Assembly: GCA_041690395.1 (NCBI GenBank)
Contig: JAWLHJ010000003.1
Coordinates: forward strand, 1-64,000
Reading direction: 5' to 3'
Source of the DNA: Longimicrobiales bacterium
GTDB taxonomy: Bacteria; Gemmatimonadota; Gemmatimonadetes; Longimicrobiales; Gaopeijiaceae
DNA length: 64,000 nt
The notes beneath the pieces are model-generated. The model ran no database searches. It saw nothing but the letters and a program-made list of their open reading frames with translations, and was not told the origin of the DNA. Of this stretch, positions 20,111 to 30,376 are shown one piece after another. Within the stretch, counting starts at the first letter, position 1; each line of letters begins with the position of its first letter. The translations under genes and the position numbers were made by a program.

Positions 20111-20889
20111 GCGCGAGGGTGAGCACCTCGCTGGTCGCCGAGTGGGAGGGACAGCCGGTCCCGTTCTGGCGGGATCTCTGGAGCGTGCCGGCGCTCGAGG
20201 TGCACGACCGTATCGGCTCCACCAACGACCGCGCCCGCGAGCTGGCCGACGACGGATGGGGCGCCTATACCACGGTCATCGCGGACGAACAGACGAGTGG
20301 CCGCGGACGGAGCGGAGCGCCGTGGCTGTCCGAGCCCGGCGCCGGGCTCCTGATCTCCGTCCTGCTCCCGGCCGCGCCGGCGACCCACCTGTCGCTCCTG
20401 GTGGGGTTGGCCGCGGCCGAGGCCATCGAGCGGGTCTGCCCGGGACTCCGGCCACGCATCGAGTGGCCGAACGACGTCACGCTCTCGGACCGGAAGGTCG
20501 CCGGGATCCTCTGCGAAGGGGCGGGGCGGCTGGTGGTCGCGGGGCTCGGCATCAACACGCGCGAGCCCGTGGGCGGCTTCCCGGCGGAGCTGGCCGAGCG
20601 GGCCACCTCGCTCGAGCGGGCCGCGCGCGGACGGCCCGACCGCGCTACCCTCGCCGGCGCGCTCCTGGCCGCGCTCCGCGGACGGCTGGCGGGCACGGGC
20701 CCCCGCCTGAGTCTCGACGAGCGCTTGGCGCTCTCCGAGCGCGACGCCCTGGAAGGGCGGGAGGTCGAGACCGCGCAGCACGGGCGGGGGCGCGCCGTCG
20801 GCATCGCGGAGGACGGCGCTCTCGTCCTGGAGCGCCCCGACGGAACGCGGGTACACGTCCGGGCCGGGCACGTGAGGCCGGCCGGATGA
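20107..20889 (+). CDS. birA: Biotin--[acetyl-CoA-carboxylase] ligase (no HTH)
   Basis: STND, QTSGRGRSG, WPNDV, KVAGILCE, GLGIN. Start is 20107 or 20119. Confidence 0.88.
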   Translation: MSARVSTSLVAEWEGQPVPFWRDLWSVPALEVHDRIGSTNDRARELADDGWGAYTTVIADEQTSGRGRSGAPWLSEPGAGLLISVLLPAAPATHLSLLVGLAAAEAIERVCPGLRPRIEWPNDVTLSDRKVAGILCEGAGRLVVAGLGINTREPVGGFPAELAERATSLERAARGRPDRATLAGALLAALRGRLAGTGPRLSLDERLALSERDALEGREVETAQHGRGRAVGIAEDGALVLERPDGTRVHVRAGHVRPAG

Positions 20890-20920
20890 TCGGGCGAACC
20901 ACAGGATCTGGAGAACGCAC

Positions 20921-21712
20921 GTGAGACTCGTCGTCGACGTAGGCAACACCGAAACCGTCGTAGGGCTGATCTCGGGGACGACCGACCTGGTCGCCCACTG
21001 GCGGGTCAGCTCCGGCGTGCCGCGGACCTCCGACGAGATGCGGGCACTCGTGCGGGCCTTCCTGGCCGGCGACGGCATCGACGAGAGCGGCATCGAGAGC
21101 GGGGTGATCGGCTCGGTCGTGCCGTCGGTCAACCAGGTGTGGGCCGGAACCCTGGCGCGCATCGTCCAGGGTGCCGTGCACGAGGTCGGTCCCTCGTCCG
21201 GGCTCCCGATCCGCCTCGACGTCGAGGAGCCGCTCACGGTGGGCGCGGACCGCATCGTGAACACGCTGGCGGCCATGGAGCTCTACCACCACGACACGAT
21301 CGTGGTGGATCTCGGCACGGCGACCACCTTCGACTGTATCACCGCCGACGGGGTCTTCATCGGCGGCGTCATCTCACCGGGTCTGGCCGCCGGGCTGGAT
21401 TGGCTCTCGGCCCGGACGGCGAAGCTGCCCCGGGTCGAGCTCAAGCCGCCCGAGCGTGTGATCGGGCGCCGGACCGAGACGTGCATCCAGAGCGGTGTGT
21501 TCTACCAGGCAGTCGGGGGCGTGGACGGCATCGTGCGCGGGATCAAGCGGGAGTGGGGCAAGCCCGACGCCCGCGTGGTCGCGACGGGAGGCTTCGCGAC
21601 GCCCATCGGCCCGCACCTCGAGACGCTCGACTCCGTCGAGCCGTTCCTCACGCTGTTCGGGCTCGCCATGGCGGGCGCGTATCTGGACCGCAACCTGTCC
21701 TCGTCCCCGTGA
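20921..21712 (+). CDS. coaX: Type III pantothenate kinase
   Basis: VDVGNT, VGADR, VDLGTATTFD, GGVISPG, ATGG. Confidence 0.94.
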   Translation: MRLVVDVGNTETVVGLISGTTDLVAHWRVSSGVPRTSDEMRALVRAFLAGDGIDESGIESGVIGSVVPSVNQVWAGTLARIVQGAVHEVGPSSGLPIRLDVEEPLTVGADRIVNTLAAMELYHHDTIVVDLGTATTFDCITADGVFIGGVISPGLAAGLDWLSARTAKLPRVELKPPERVIGRRTETCIQSGVFYQAVGGVDGIVRGIKREWGKPDARVVATGGFATPIGPHLETLDSVEPFLTLFGLAMAGAYLDRNLSSSP

Positions 21713-21809
21713 CCGGGGCTACATTCCCGCATCCTTCGGCGGCGAGACGAACGCGGCCGTCCGGAACTCGGCGCAACGATCCTACGAGTCAACATCCGAG
21801 CAGCGACGC

Positions 21810-22886
21810 ATGACCCTCTCCCCGGTATTCCGATCGTCCGAGGCAGTGCGCCTCTTGGCGGACGAAGGCGTATGGACGCGACTCGCGCCCGACATGGAGG
21901 CCCAGGCCTCGGCCGTTCGCGTGGTCTACGACGACCTCCGTTCCGTGCTGGGGCCGGATTTCCGTACCGATCCGCCCCATGTCCCCTCTGCCGAGGAGGT
22001 GTCGACGCCCGACGGGCTGCGCTTCCTCCAGGAATACTTCTTCCTGATCCTCTTCCGCTCGATCTTTCGCGCGCTCGAGGTCCCGGAGGACAGGCTCGGC
22101 CTCTACACCGAGCTCAACTTCTGCATCAAGGGGACCATTACCGCGGCGGACAACATCTTCGACGGGCAGGAGAAGAGCCTCCTTCCGCTCAGGCCGCACG
22201 CCGGGCCGCGCTTCATGTCGATCCTGCAGCTCATGGCCTTCGAGCGGCTCCAACGGCGCACCCTCGACCGGGCCGAAGCCGCGGGAACGGTGCGGCGCGA
22301 GCACACGGTCGCCATCCAGCAGGCGCTGATCGACCGGATGGCGGCGATCGGTGCGCTCGAAGGATCCGAGGAAGGCGGCGTGTCCGAGATCCCGGAGCCC
22401 GATGTGATGGTCGAGAAGGTGCATCGTGTGCGAGGAGGCGCGCTCTTCGCCCTCGCGTTCGCCGCCCCTGACGTACTGGAGCAGGGGGGAAGCCAGGAGC
22501 GGTTGCGGGCGGCCGAGCGAGCCGTCGCCCAGCTCGGCACCGCATTCCAGATCGTGGACGACCTGACCGACTTCGAGTTCGACATCGGTCGTCGGAGCCA
22601 CAACCTGCTCACGTCGCAGATCCACCACGAAGGCAGCGAGGGGGAGCGGGCCGCCCTGAAGGCCGCGCTCGACACGGGCGTGCTCGAGCCGGAGGCCGTC
22701 GAGTCCGTCTTCCGTGGCTCGGCCCGCGCCGTCCTGGAGCGTGCCTATGCCGAGGCACGCGCCTCCTTCGCCACGCTCGACGAGCTCGGGCACTGGTTCC
22801 CCCCGGCGCTCGCCGACGAGGTCGTGCACGCGATCGTCGGCCTCGAAGGGGTCGCCAGGATGGAAGCGATCTCGGAGAGCCGCTGA
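21810..22886 (+). CDS. Class 1 isoprenoid synthase (trans-prenyltransferase/terpene synthase fold) family protein
   Basis: Helical protein with Asp-rich motifs ADNIFD and LGTAFQIVDDLTD (SARM-like). Confidence 0.55.
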   Translation: MTLSPVFRSSEAVRLLADEGVWTRLAPDMEAQASAVRVVYDDLRSVLGPDFRTDPPHVPSAEEVSTPDGLRFLQEYFFLILFRSIFRALEVPEDRLGLYTELNFCIKGTITAADNIFDGQEKSLLPLRPHAGPRFMSILQLMAFERLQRRTLDRAEAAGTVRREHTVAIQQALIDRMAAIGALEGSEEGGVSEIPEPDVMVEKVHRVRGGALFALAFAAPDVLEQGGSQERLRAAERAVAQLGTAFQIVDDLTDFEFDIGRRSHNLLTSQIHHEGSEGERAALKAALDTGVLEPEAVESVFRGSARAVLERAYAEARASFATLDELGHWFPPALADEVVHAIVGLEGVARMEAISESR

Positions 22887-22960
22887 CGCTTCCGCGGTAG
22901 CTCCGTTGGTTCTCCGTTCGCGCGCCCGCGTGTAACTGCAGCCGGAAGTCCTTCCGGCGC

Positions 22961-22988
22961 TTGACATCCCACGGTGAGCCGCCAGATT
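22961..22988 (+). promoter_or_regulatory. Putative sigma-70 promoter of groESL
   Basis: TTGACA-N16-CAGATT immediately upstream of CIRCE. Confidence 0.55.
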
Positions 22989-22998
22989 AACCGGGACG

Positions 22999-23025
22999 TT
23001 AGCACTCACCTCATGCGAGTGCTAA
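22999..23025 (+). promoter_or_regulatory. CIRCE element (HrcA operator)
   Basis: Perfect consensus TTAGCACTC-acctcatgc-GAGTGCTAA upstream of groES. Confidence 0.97.
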
Positions 23026-23077
23026 CACCTGGTGATCACTCTCATGGTCACGGCCCTAGCAAGCGTAAGGAGGCCTG

Positions 23078-23386
23078 ATGGCTAAAAAGAAAGGCGCACC
23101 CAAGGTCAAGCCGTTGGCGGACCGAGTCGTTGTGGCTCCCGCCAAGGAAGGCGAGGAGATGCGCGGCGGGATCTACATCCCCGACACCGCGAAGGAGAAG
23201 CCCTCCCAGGGTGAGATCGTCGCGGTCGGGCCCGGACGGCTGTCGGACGACGGCACCCGGCTCGAGCTCGACGTGAAGGTCGGAGACAAGGTTCTGTACG
23301 GGAAGTACAGCGGCACGGACGTGACGCTGGACGGTGAGGAGTATCTGATTCTTCGTGAATCGGACGTCCTCGCGGTCATTTCGTAA
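23078..23386 (+). CDS. groES: Co-chaperonin GroES
   Basis: [43 protein letters not shown]. Confidence 0.98.
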   Translation: MAKKKGAPKVKPLADRVVVAPAKEGEEMRGGIYIPDTAKEKPSQGEIVAVGPGRLSDDGTRLELDVKVGDKVLYGKYSGTDVTLDGEEYLILRESDVLAVIS

Positions 23387-23411
23387 GCGCAAATCGACGA
23401 ATAGGAGATAA

Positions 23412-25052
<1,641 letters not shown>

Positions 25053-25081
25053 GCGCCCACGCTCCCCTTCCGGAGCAAACT

Positions 25082-25118
25082 CGAACGGGCTCGGTCGCTT
25101 GGCGGCCGGGCCCGTTCG
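25082..25118 (+). terminator. Hairpin downstream of groEL
   Basis: CGAACGGGCTCGGTCGC-ttg-GCGGCCGGGCCCGTTCG. Confidence 0.55.
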
Positions 25119-25135
25119 TGCATTCCGGGCGTTGG

Positions 25136-25342
25136 GGTGGGGCCCGGCGGCCCCCCGCGCGCTCCCTCGTGCGCTGCGCCACGTCTGGTCGCTGGTTGGG
25201 CTGGGGTCGTCGTGATCTGCATGTTCGTCGCTTCTTCGGCTCGGGGTCGTCGAGAGGCTCGAAGTCGGTCGGGCGGGCCCTCGCGTTCGGGGGCGCTGGC
25301 TTCGCTTCTCCGGGAGCGCGCGGGGGGCCGCCGGGCTCCACC
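25136..25342. repeat. Structured repeat element, copy A (157-nt core closed by a 25-bp perfect terminal inverted repeat, extendable to 31 bp)
   Basis: 25142-25166 is the exact reverse complement of 25312-25336; core 25161-25317 is homologous to the reverse complement of 25685-25841. Confidence 0.85.
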
Positions 25343-25553
25343 GTGACGGTCGGATCACCGCTCGGGTGGGGTCCACCGTCGTTCGGCCGGGTCGTTTGGT
25401 CCGCCGCGGGGAGCAGGGGCGTTCGTGCCTCCCTTGGTGGGCCGCGGGGGGCGGGTGGTTGTCCGACCCGTGCGGTCGCGGGGGGGCGGGTGGTGGTTCT
25501 TTGCTGCATCTGGGTCGCTCGCGCGCCGAGCTTCGCCGGCGACGCTCGCGGGG

Positions 25554-25645
25554 GGCGCCTTGATTCGGCGGGACGCGGGCCTGGTCGGCGCCTTGATTTG
25601 GAGGGACGCGGGCCTGGTGGGCGCCTTGATTTGGAGGGACGAGGG
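25554..25645. repeat. 33-bp direct tandem repeat, about 2.7 copies
   Basis: GGCGCCTTGATT(C/T)GG(C/A)GGGACGCGGGCCTGGT(C/G) units start at 25554, 25587 and 25620. Confidence 0.9.
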
Positions 25646-25668
25646 TTCAGGGGAGCGGGTAGGTGGGA

Positions 25669-25857
25669 GGGGGCGTAGACGGGTGCTCCCGGAGTAGCGG
25701 AGCCAGCGCCGTCGAACGCGAGGGCCCGAGAGACGGGCCCCGGGCCTCCCGACGACCGCGAGCCGAAGACCCGACGAGCGCCCAGAACACGACGAACGCA
25801 GCCCAACGAGCGACCGGACGTGGCGCAGCGCCCGAGGGAGCGCCCGTCTACGCCCCC
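25669..25857. repeat. Structured repeat element, copy B (inverted relative to copy A, own 22-bp terminal stem)
   Basis: 25669-25690 pairs with 25836-25857 (one G-T); core matches copy A at 131/157 positions without gaps (manual count). Confidence 0.85.
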
Positions 25858-25944
25858 GCACAACCGCACGCCCACAGTTGCCCATCGTCCCGGAGAGCCG
25901 CACGTTCCCTCCCTTCGGCCCGAGATCCATACGTGGAGGACCAT

Positions 25945-27744
25945 ATGAGGGGAAGCACCACGCGCGGCGCGTCAGGCTCGGCGAGCCCACGCTCCGTCCT
26001 GTCGCTCGCTCTGATCACCGCGCTCTCCGCCTGCGGCCCCCAGGGGGGTCCGGGCGACGTCGTGTGCGGCGTTACCGACGATCGTGGCCAGGTGGCGCGG
26101 TGCGATGCGGGGGTGGTGGCGGTGGCGCATCCTCTGGCGGCGGCAGCCGGGGCGGAGATGCTGGCGCAGGGTGGCAACGCGGTGGACGCGGCGGTCGCGG
26201 CGGGGTTCGCGCTGGCGGTGGTCGAGCCGAGCATGAGTGGGCTCGGTGGGCGCGCACAGATCCTCATCCGCACGCCCGACGGCAACCATCACGGGATCGA
26301 CGCCACGACGCAGGCTCCCTCCACGTACGATCCGGACACGGCGCCCCAGGCGTCCTACGGGTATCCGACGGTGGGCGTGCCGGGTGTTCCCGCGGGGCTT
26401 CTGGGTGCGCTCGAGGAGTACGGGAGCCTGCCGCGCGCCACGGTCATGGCACCGGCCATCCGGTACGCGTCGGAGGGCTTCGAGTTGCTGCCGGGCGAGG
26501 CGGAACGGCAGGCCGGGTCGGCGGACATGCTGCGGGAATTCGAGGGTTCCAGCCGATACTTCCTGAAGTCGGACGGCACGCCGCGACAGGCTGGTGAGCA
26601 CTGGGTCCAGGAGGACCTCGCGGCCACGTTGCGCGCCATCTCCGACGGGGGCCTGGACGCTTTCTATCGCGGCACCATCGCCGAGGCCATGGCGGCGGAC
26701 CTGCAGGCCAACGGGGCGGCGGTCACGCTCGAGTCGCTCGCGGAGTACAGGGCGGAGCCGTCCGAGATCGTCAGGGACGACTATCGCGGCCACGACCTGG
26801 TCGGCCTCTGGATTCCGTCGTTCGGCGCGATCACCATCCACGCTCTCAACCTGCTCGAGACGCTTCCGGTCGCGGAGCTGGACGAGGCTGAATGGACGGC
26901 CGCCGTCGCGGAGGCCATCCACGTGGCGTACCTGGAACGCCCGAACCAGAGCACGCTCGAGGACGCGGACCGTCTGGTTTCGGACGAGTACGCCTCTGAG
27001 CGGGCGTCGCTGATGCGTTTGCCCGAGGACATCGTGGGTGGGGCCACGGCCCACCGGCGGTCTCCGAGCAACGACGTCGCCCGCCACGCGCTCACCGTGG
27101 AGGCCTCGGCCGGGCAGGCCGCGCTGCCCCCGGCGTGGCTCGAGGAGGTCGGACACACGACGCACCTCACCACCGCCGATGCCGATGGTATGGTCGTGGC
27201 CCTCACACAGACCAATGGCCCCAGCATGGGGTCGCGGGTCGCCTCTCCGGGGCTGGGCTTCCTGTATGCCGCGACCCTGGGCGGCTACCTGGGCCGAATG
27301 GAGCCGGGCGAGCGAGCTCGTTCCCATATCTCGCCGTTCATGGTGGAGCGCGACGGCCGACCCTTCCTGGCGATGGGCGCGGCGGGCGGCGGACGCATTC
27401 CGACGGCGATCATCGCGGCGGTGAGCCGTGTGATCGACCAGGGGATGTCGCTCCCCGACGCTCTGGCCGCCCCTCGCGTCGTGCCGGCGTTCGGCAGTCA
27501 GGCGGACGAGGGCGACCCCGAGGCTCCCCGTGAGATCGACGTGGAGATCGGAACGGGACTGGGCTTCGACGACGCCGTCATCGAGAGGCTGAGGGCGATG
27601 GGGTACGAAGTCGACGCCACCGACCGCGAGGGAGCGTTCGGGCGCATCCACGCGGCGCGTTGGCACGAGGACACGGGCGTGTGGGAGGCCGTCGCCGATC
27701 CGGACTGGGAAGGGGCCGCGGCGGTGCCGGGAGGCGGCCAGTGA
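25945..27744 (+). CDS. Gamma-glutamyltransferase family (Ntn hydrolase) lipoprotein
   Basis: Lipobox LSAC, GGNAVDAAVA, EPSMSGLGG, VGVPG, nucleophile HTTHL, GAAGG; GGAGG RBS. Confidence 0.88.
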   Translation: MRGSTTRGASGSASPRSVLSLALITALSACGPQGGPGDVVCGVTDDRGQVARCDAGVVAVAHPLAAAAGAEMLAQGGNAVDAAVAAGFALAVVEPSMSGLGGRAQILIRTPDGNHHGIDATTQAPSTYDPDTAPQASYGYPTVGVPGVPAGLLGALEEYGSLPRATVMAPAIRYASEGFELLPGEAERQAGSADMLREFEGSSRYFLKSDGTPRQAGEHWVQEDLAATLRAISDGGLDAFYRGTIAEAMAADLQANGAAVTLESLAEYRAEPSEIVRDDYRGHDLVGLWIPSFGAITIHALNLLETLPVAELDEAEWTAAVAEAIHVAYLERPNQSTLEDADRLVSDEYASERASLMRLPEDIVGGATAHRRSPSNDVARHALTVEASAGQAALPPAWLEEVGHTTHLTTADADGMVVALTQTNGPSMGSRVASPGLGFLYAATLGGYLGRMEPGERARSHISPFMVERDGRPFLAMGAAGGGRIPTAIIAAVSRVIDQGMSLPDALAAPRVVPAFGSQADEGDPEAPREIDVEIGTGLGFDDAVIERLRAMGYEVDATDREGAFGRIHAARWHEDTGVWEAVADPDWEGAAAVPGGGQ

Positions 27745-29369
27745 TGGCGTCCGCAACCCCGAGGGCGGTCGCGCGTGCGTTCGCGGTCGCGCTCGCCGTG
27801 ATCGTGGCGGCCGGGTCGAGCGGAGCGGCTGTCCAGGCCCAGGAGCCGGCGGCTTCCGCCATGGGTCCCTATGACACCTTGATCCGCGGGGGGCGTGTCC
27901 TCGACGGGAGCGGGAATCCGTGGTTCAGGGCGGACGTCGGCATCGTGGGAGATCGCATCGTGGCGGTCGGCGACCTGACCGGAGCCTCGGCGGGCCAGGT
28001 GATCGATGCCACCGGCCTGTATGTGGCGCCGGGCTTCATCGATACGCATTCCCATTCCGGTGGCGGCCTCGCCCGGCCGGAGCTGAGTCACGCCCGTCCG
28101 TTGCTGGCTCAGGGCATCACCACCGTGTTCGTGAACCCCGACGGGGGCGGCTCCGTCGACATCGCCGAGCAGCGTACGGAGCTGCTGGCCGACGGACTCG
28201 GCGTGAACGTCGCCCAGTTCGTGCCCCACGGCTCGGTGCGGAGCGCGGTCCTCGGCATGGACGACCGGCTCGCGTCGGCCGACGAGCTCGAGCGGATGAA
28301 GGCGCTGGTCCGGCGCGGAATGGAAGAGGGTGCCTGGGGACTCTCGAGCGGCCCGTTCTACGCGCCCGGCAGCTACTCCGACACCCGGGAGCTGGTCGAG
28401 CTGGGTCGCGTCGCCGCCGAACATGGCGGCGCGTACCAGAGCCACGTGCGGGACGAGTCGACCTACACGGTCGGCGTGATGGCTGCGGTCGAGGAGGTGG
28501 TCACCGTCGCGCGGGAGGCCGGCATGCCCGGCGTGTGGTCGCACGCGAAGGCCCTCGGGCCCGACGTCTGGGGCTATTCGCTGGCGCTCGTCCGCCGCCT
28601 CGAGCGGGCCCGGGAAGAGGGCATCGAGGTCTACATGGACCAGTACCCGTACACGGCCTCCGCCACCGGCCTCACCGCGGCTTTGCTGCCACGTTGGGCC
28701 CAGGCCGGCGGCTCGGATTCGCTGCGGGCTCGCCTCGACCGGCCGGCGGACCTGGCGCGCATTCGCGTCGCGATGGTGGAGAACCTGGCGCGACGGGGCG
28801 GTGCGGACCGGATCCAGTTCCGGCGCTTCGCGGCCGACCCCTCCATCGAAGGGCGCACGCTCGCCGATGTGGCCCGGGAGGACGGCACGGATGCGATCGA
28901 GGCGGCCATCGCGCTCTTCCGCCGGGGCTCCCCGAGCATCGTCTCCCACAACATGGACGAGCGCGACGTGGCCCTCATCATGGCCCACCCGATGAGCATG
29001 ACGGCTTCGGACGGCGATCTGGTGCCGATGGATGAAGGCGTGCCGCACCCGCGCTCCTACGGCGCGTTCACGCGTAAGCTCGAGACGTATGCCGTGGAGC
29101 AGGGCACCGTGACGCTCGAAGCCGCGATCCGGAGCATGACGTCGCTGCCGGCGCGCGTGTACCGCATGCCGGACCGCGGCGAGATCCGCGAAGGGGCCGT
29201 CGCGGACGTGGTCGTCTTCGACCTGGCCCGCGTCCACACGCCCGCCACCTTCACGGACCCACACCATCTCTCGGAAGGCATGGTGCACGTCCTGGTGAAC
29301 GGCCAGGCGGCCATCGCCGACGAGGCGTTCACCGGCGTCCTGGCCGGCGAGGTGCTCAGGAAACGCTGA
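27744..29369 (+). CDS. N-acyl-D-amino-acid deacylase-like amidohydrolase (exported)
   Basis: Signal peptide, PGFIDTHSH, SHVRDE, SHAK, YPYTAS, SDG, HPRSYG, ADVVVFD. Confidence 0.88.
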   Translation: MASATPRAVARAFAVALAVIVAAGSSGAAVQAQEPAASAMGPYDTLIRGGRVLDGSGNPWFRADVGIVGDRIVAVGDLTGASAGQVIDATGLYVAPGFIDTHSHSGGGLARPELSHARPLLAQGITTVFVNPDGGGSVDIAEQRTELLADGLGVNVAQFVPHGSVRSAVLGMDDRLASADELERMKALVRRGMEEGAWGLSSGPFYAPGSYSDTRELVELGRVAAEHGGAYQSHVRDESTYTVGVMAAVEEVVTVAREAGMPGVWSHAKALGPDVWGYSLALVRRLERAREEGIEVYMDQYPYTASATGLTAALLPRWAQAGGSDSLRARLDRPADLARIRVAMVENLARRGGADRIQFRRFAADPSIEGRTLADVAREDGTDAIEAAIALFRRGSPSIVSHNMDERDVALIMAHPMSMTASDGDLVPMDEGVPHPRSYGAFTRKLETYAVEQGTVTLEAAIRSMTSLPARVYRMPDRGEIREGAVADVVVFDLARVHTPATFTDPHHLSEGMVHVLVNGQAAIADEAFTGVLAGEVLRKR

Positions 29370-29402
29370 CCCGCGGGGGCGCCGCGGCCCGGGCGGCGAG
29401 AC

Positions 29403-30326
29403 TCAACCCAGCGGCACCACGTGCACCTCGTTCGCGTTGAACAGGGGCACGAGAACACGATTCCGCATGCGGTCGTATCCGATGTCCGCTGGGGCATCGA
29501 CGTCGTTGACGACCTGTGATACGGAGCCGTCGCCGCGCACCCTGTAGACGGCCTGGTCACCCCAGCTCGACATGAGGAAGCCGCCGTCGTCCATCATCTC
29601 GATGCCGTCGATCTGGCGCTCGGATGCCGGCATGACGTCCGTGCGATTCCCCTCCGCGTCGAGCCTGAACACCTCGCCCGACATGAAGGTCACGACGAAG
29701 ATTCCGCGGCTGCCGACGGCCACCCCGTTCGGCGCGCCGAGGCCTTCCTCGCGAATGAGCACGGTGATCCGCCCGTCGTCGGCCAGCCGATACACCGCGT
29801 CCGATCCGGTGGAGGCGAACGACGCGTCGAGGCCGCTGTCGGTGAAGAAGACGGAGCTCCCGTCGGGCGCCGCGGCGACATCGTTCAGGAACGACGCCGT
29901 GGACGGGCACGCTTCGCCCGCAGGCGCACCGGTGGCGCGGTCGAACATCCTGATACAGTCGATGTCGGCGACGTAGAGTATCCCCCCCTGGACCGCCATC
30001 CCCTTGGGGGCGTGGAGCGTGACGTCGTCCGACGCGCCGTCGATCCAGCGCAGCTCGAGGACGTCGCCCTCCGGCGAGAGCCGGGAGATGAAGCCGTTGT
30101 CGTCCTCGTCGAGGGGCCCGCCGTCGATGTTGGACACCAGGTAGACGTCGGCTTCAGGGTCGTGCAAGACGGACTCCGGTGTGGCGAAGCCCACGCCCGA
30201 GACGCTGAAAGCCTCGGTCTCGGTGCTGTCCTCGGGTGGCGCGTCGCCTCCACCGCCGCACACGGCGAGGGCAGGGGGCAGAAGAAAGGCGGCGAGCGTC
30301 CGGATCGGATGGATTCGCTGGATCAT
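29403..30326 (-). CDS. SMP-30/gluconolactonase-like beta-propeller, exported
   Basis: TPESV, GFISRL, APKGM, FLNDV, APNG, DG, APADI blade motifs; signal/lipoprotein-like N-terminus. Confidence 0.75.
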   Translation of the reverse strand: MIQRIHPIRTLAAFLLPPALAVCGGGGDAPPEDSTETEAFSVSGVGFATPESVLHDPEADVYLVSNIDGGPLDEDDNGFISRLSPEGDVLELRWIDGASDDVTLHAPKGMAVQGGILYVADIDCIRMFDRATGAPAGEACPSTASFLNDVAAAPDGSSVFFTDSGLDASFASTGSDAVYRLADDGRITVLIREEGLGAPNGVAVGSRGIFVVTFMSGEVFRLDAEGNRTDVMPASERQIDGIEMMDDGGFLMSSWGDQAVYRVRGDGSVSQVVNDVDAPADIGYDRMRNRVLVPLFNANEVHVVPLG

Positions 30327-30376
30327 GGATGTCTCCTCTGGTTCGACGGGGACGCGCCCGATCTCTGGGTGGCGCC

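Noticed and set aside
25554..25645. Possible mini CRISPR array
   Set aside because: Units are head-to-tail with near-identical intervening sequence (no unique spacers), there are fewer than 3 full copies, and no cas genes are present.
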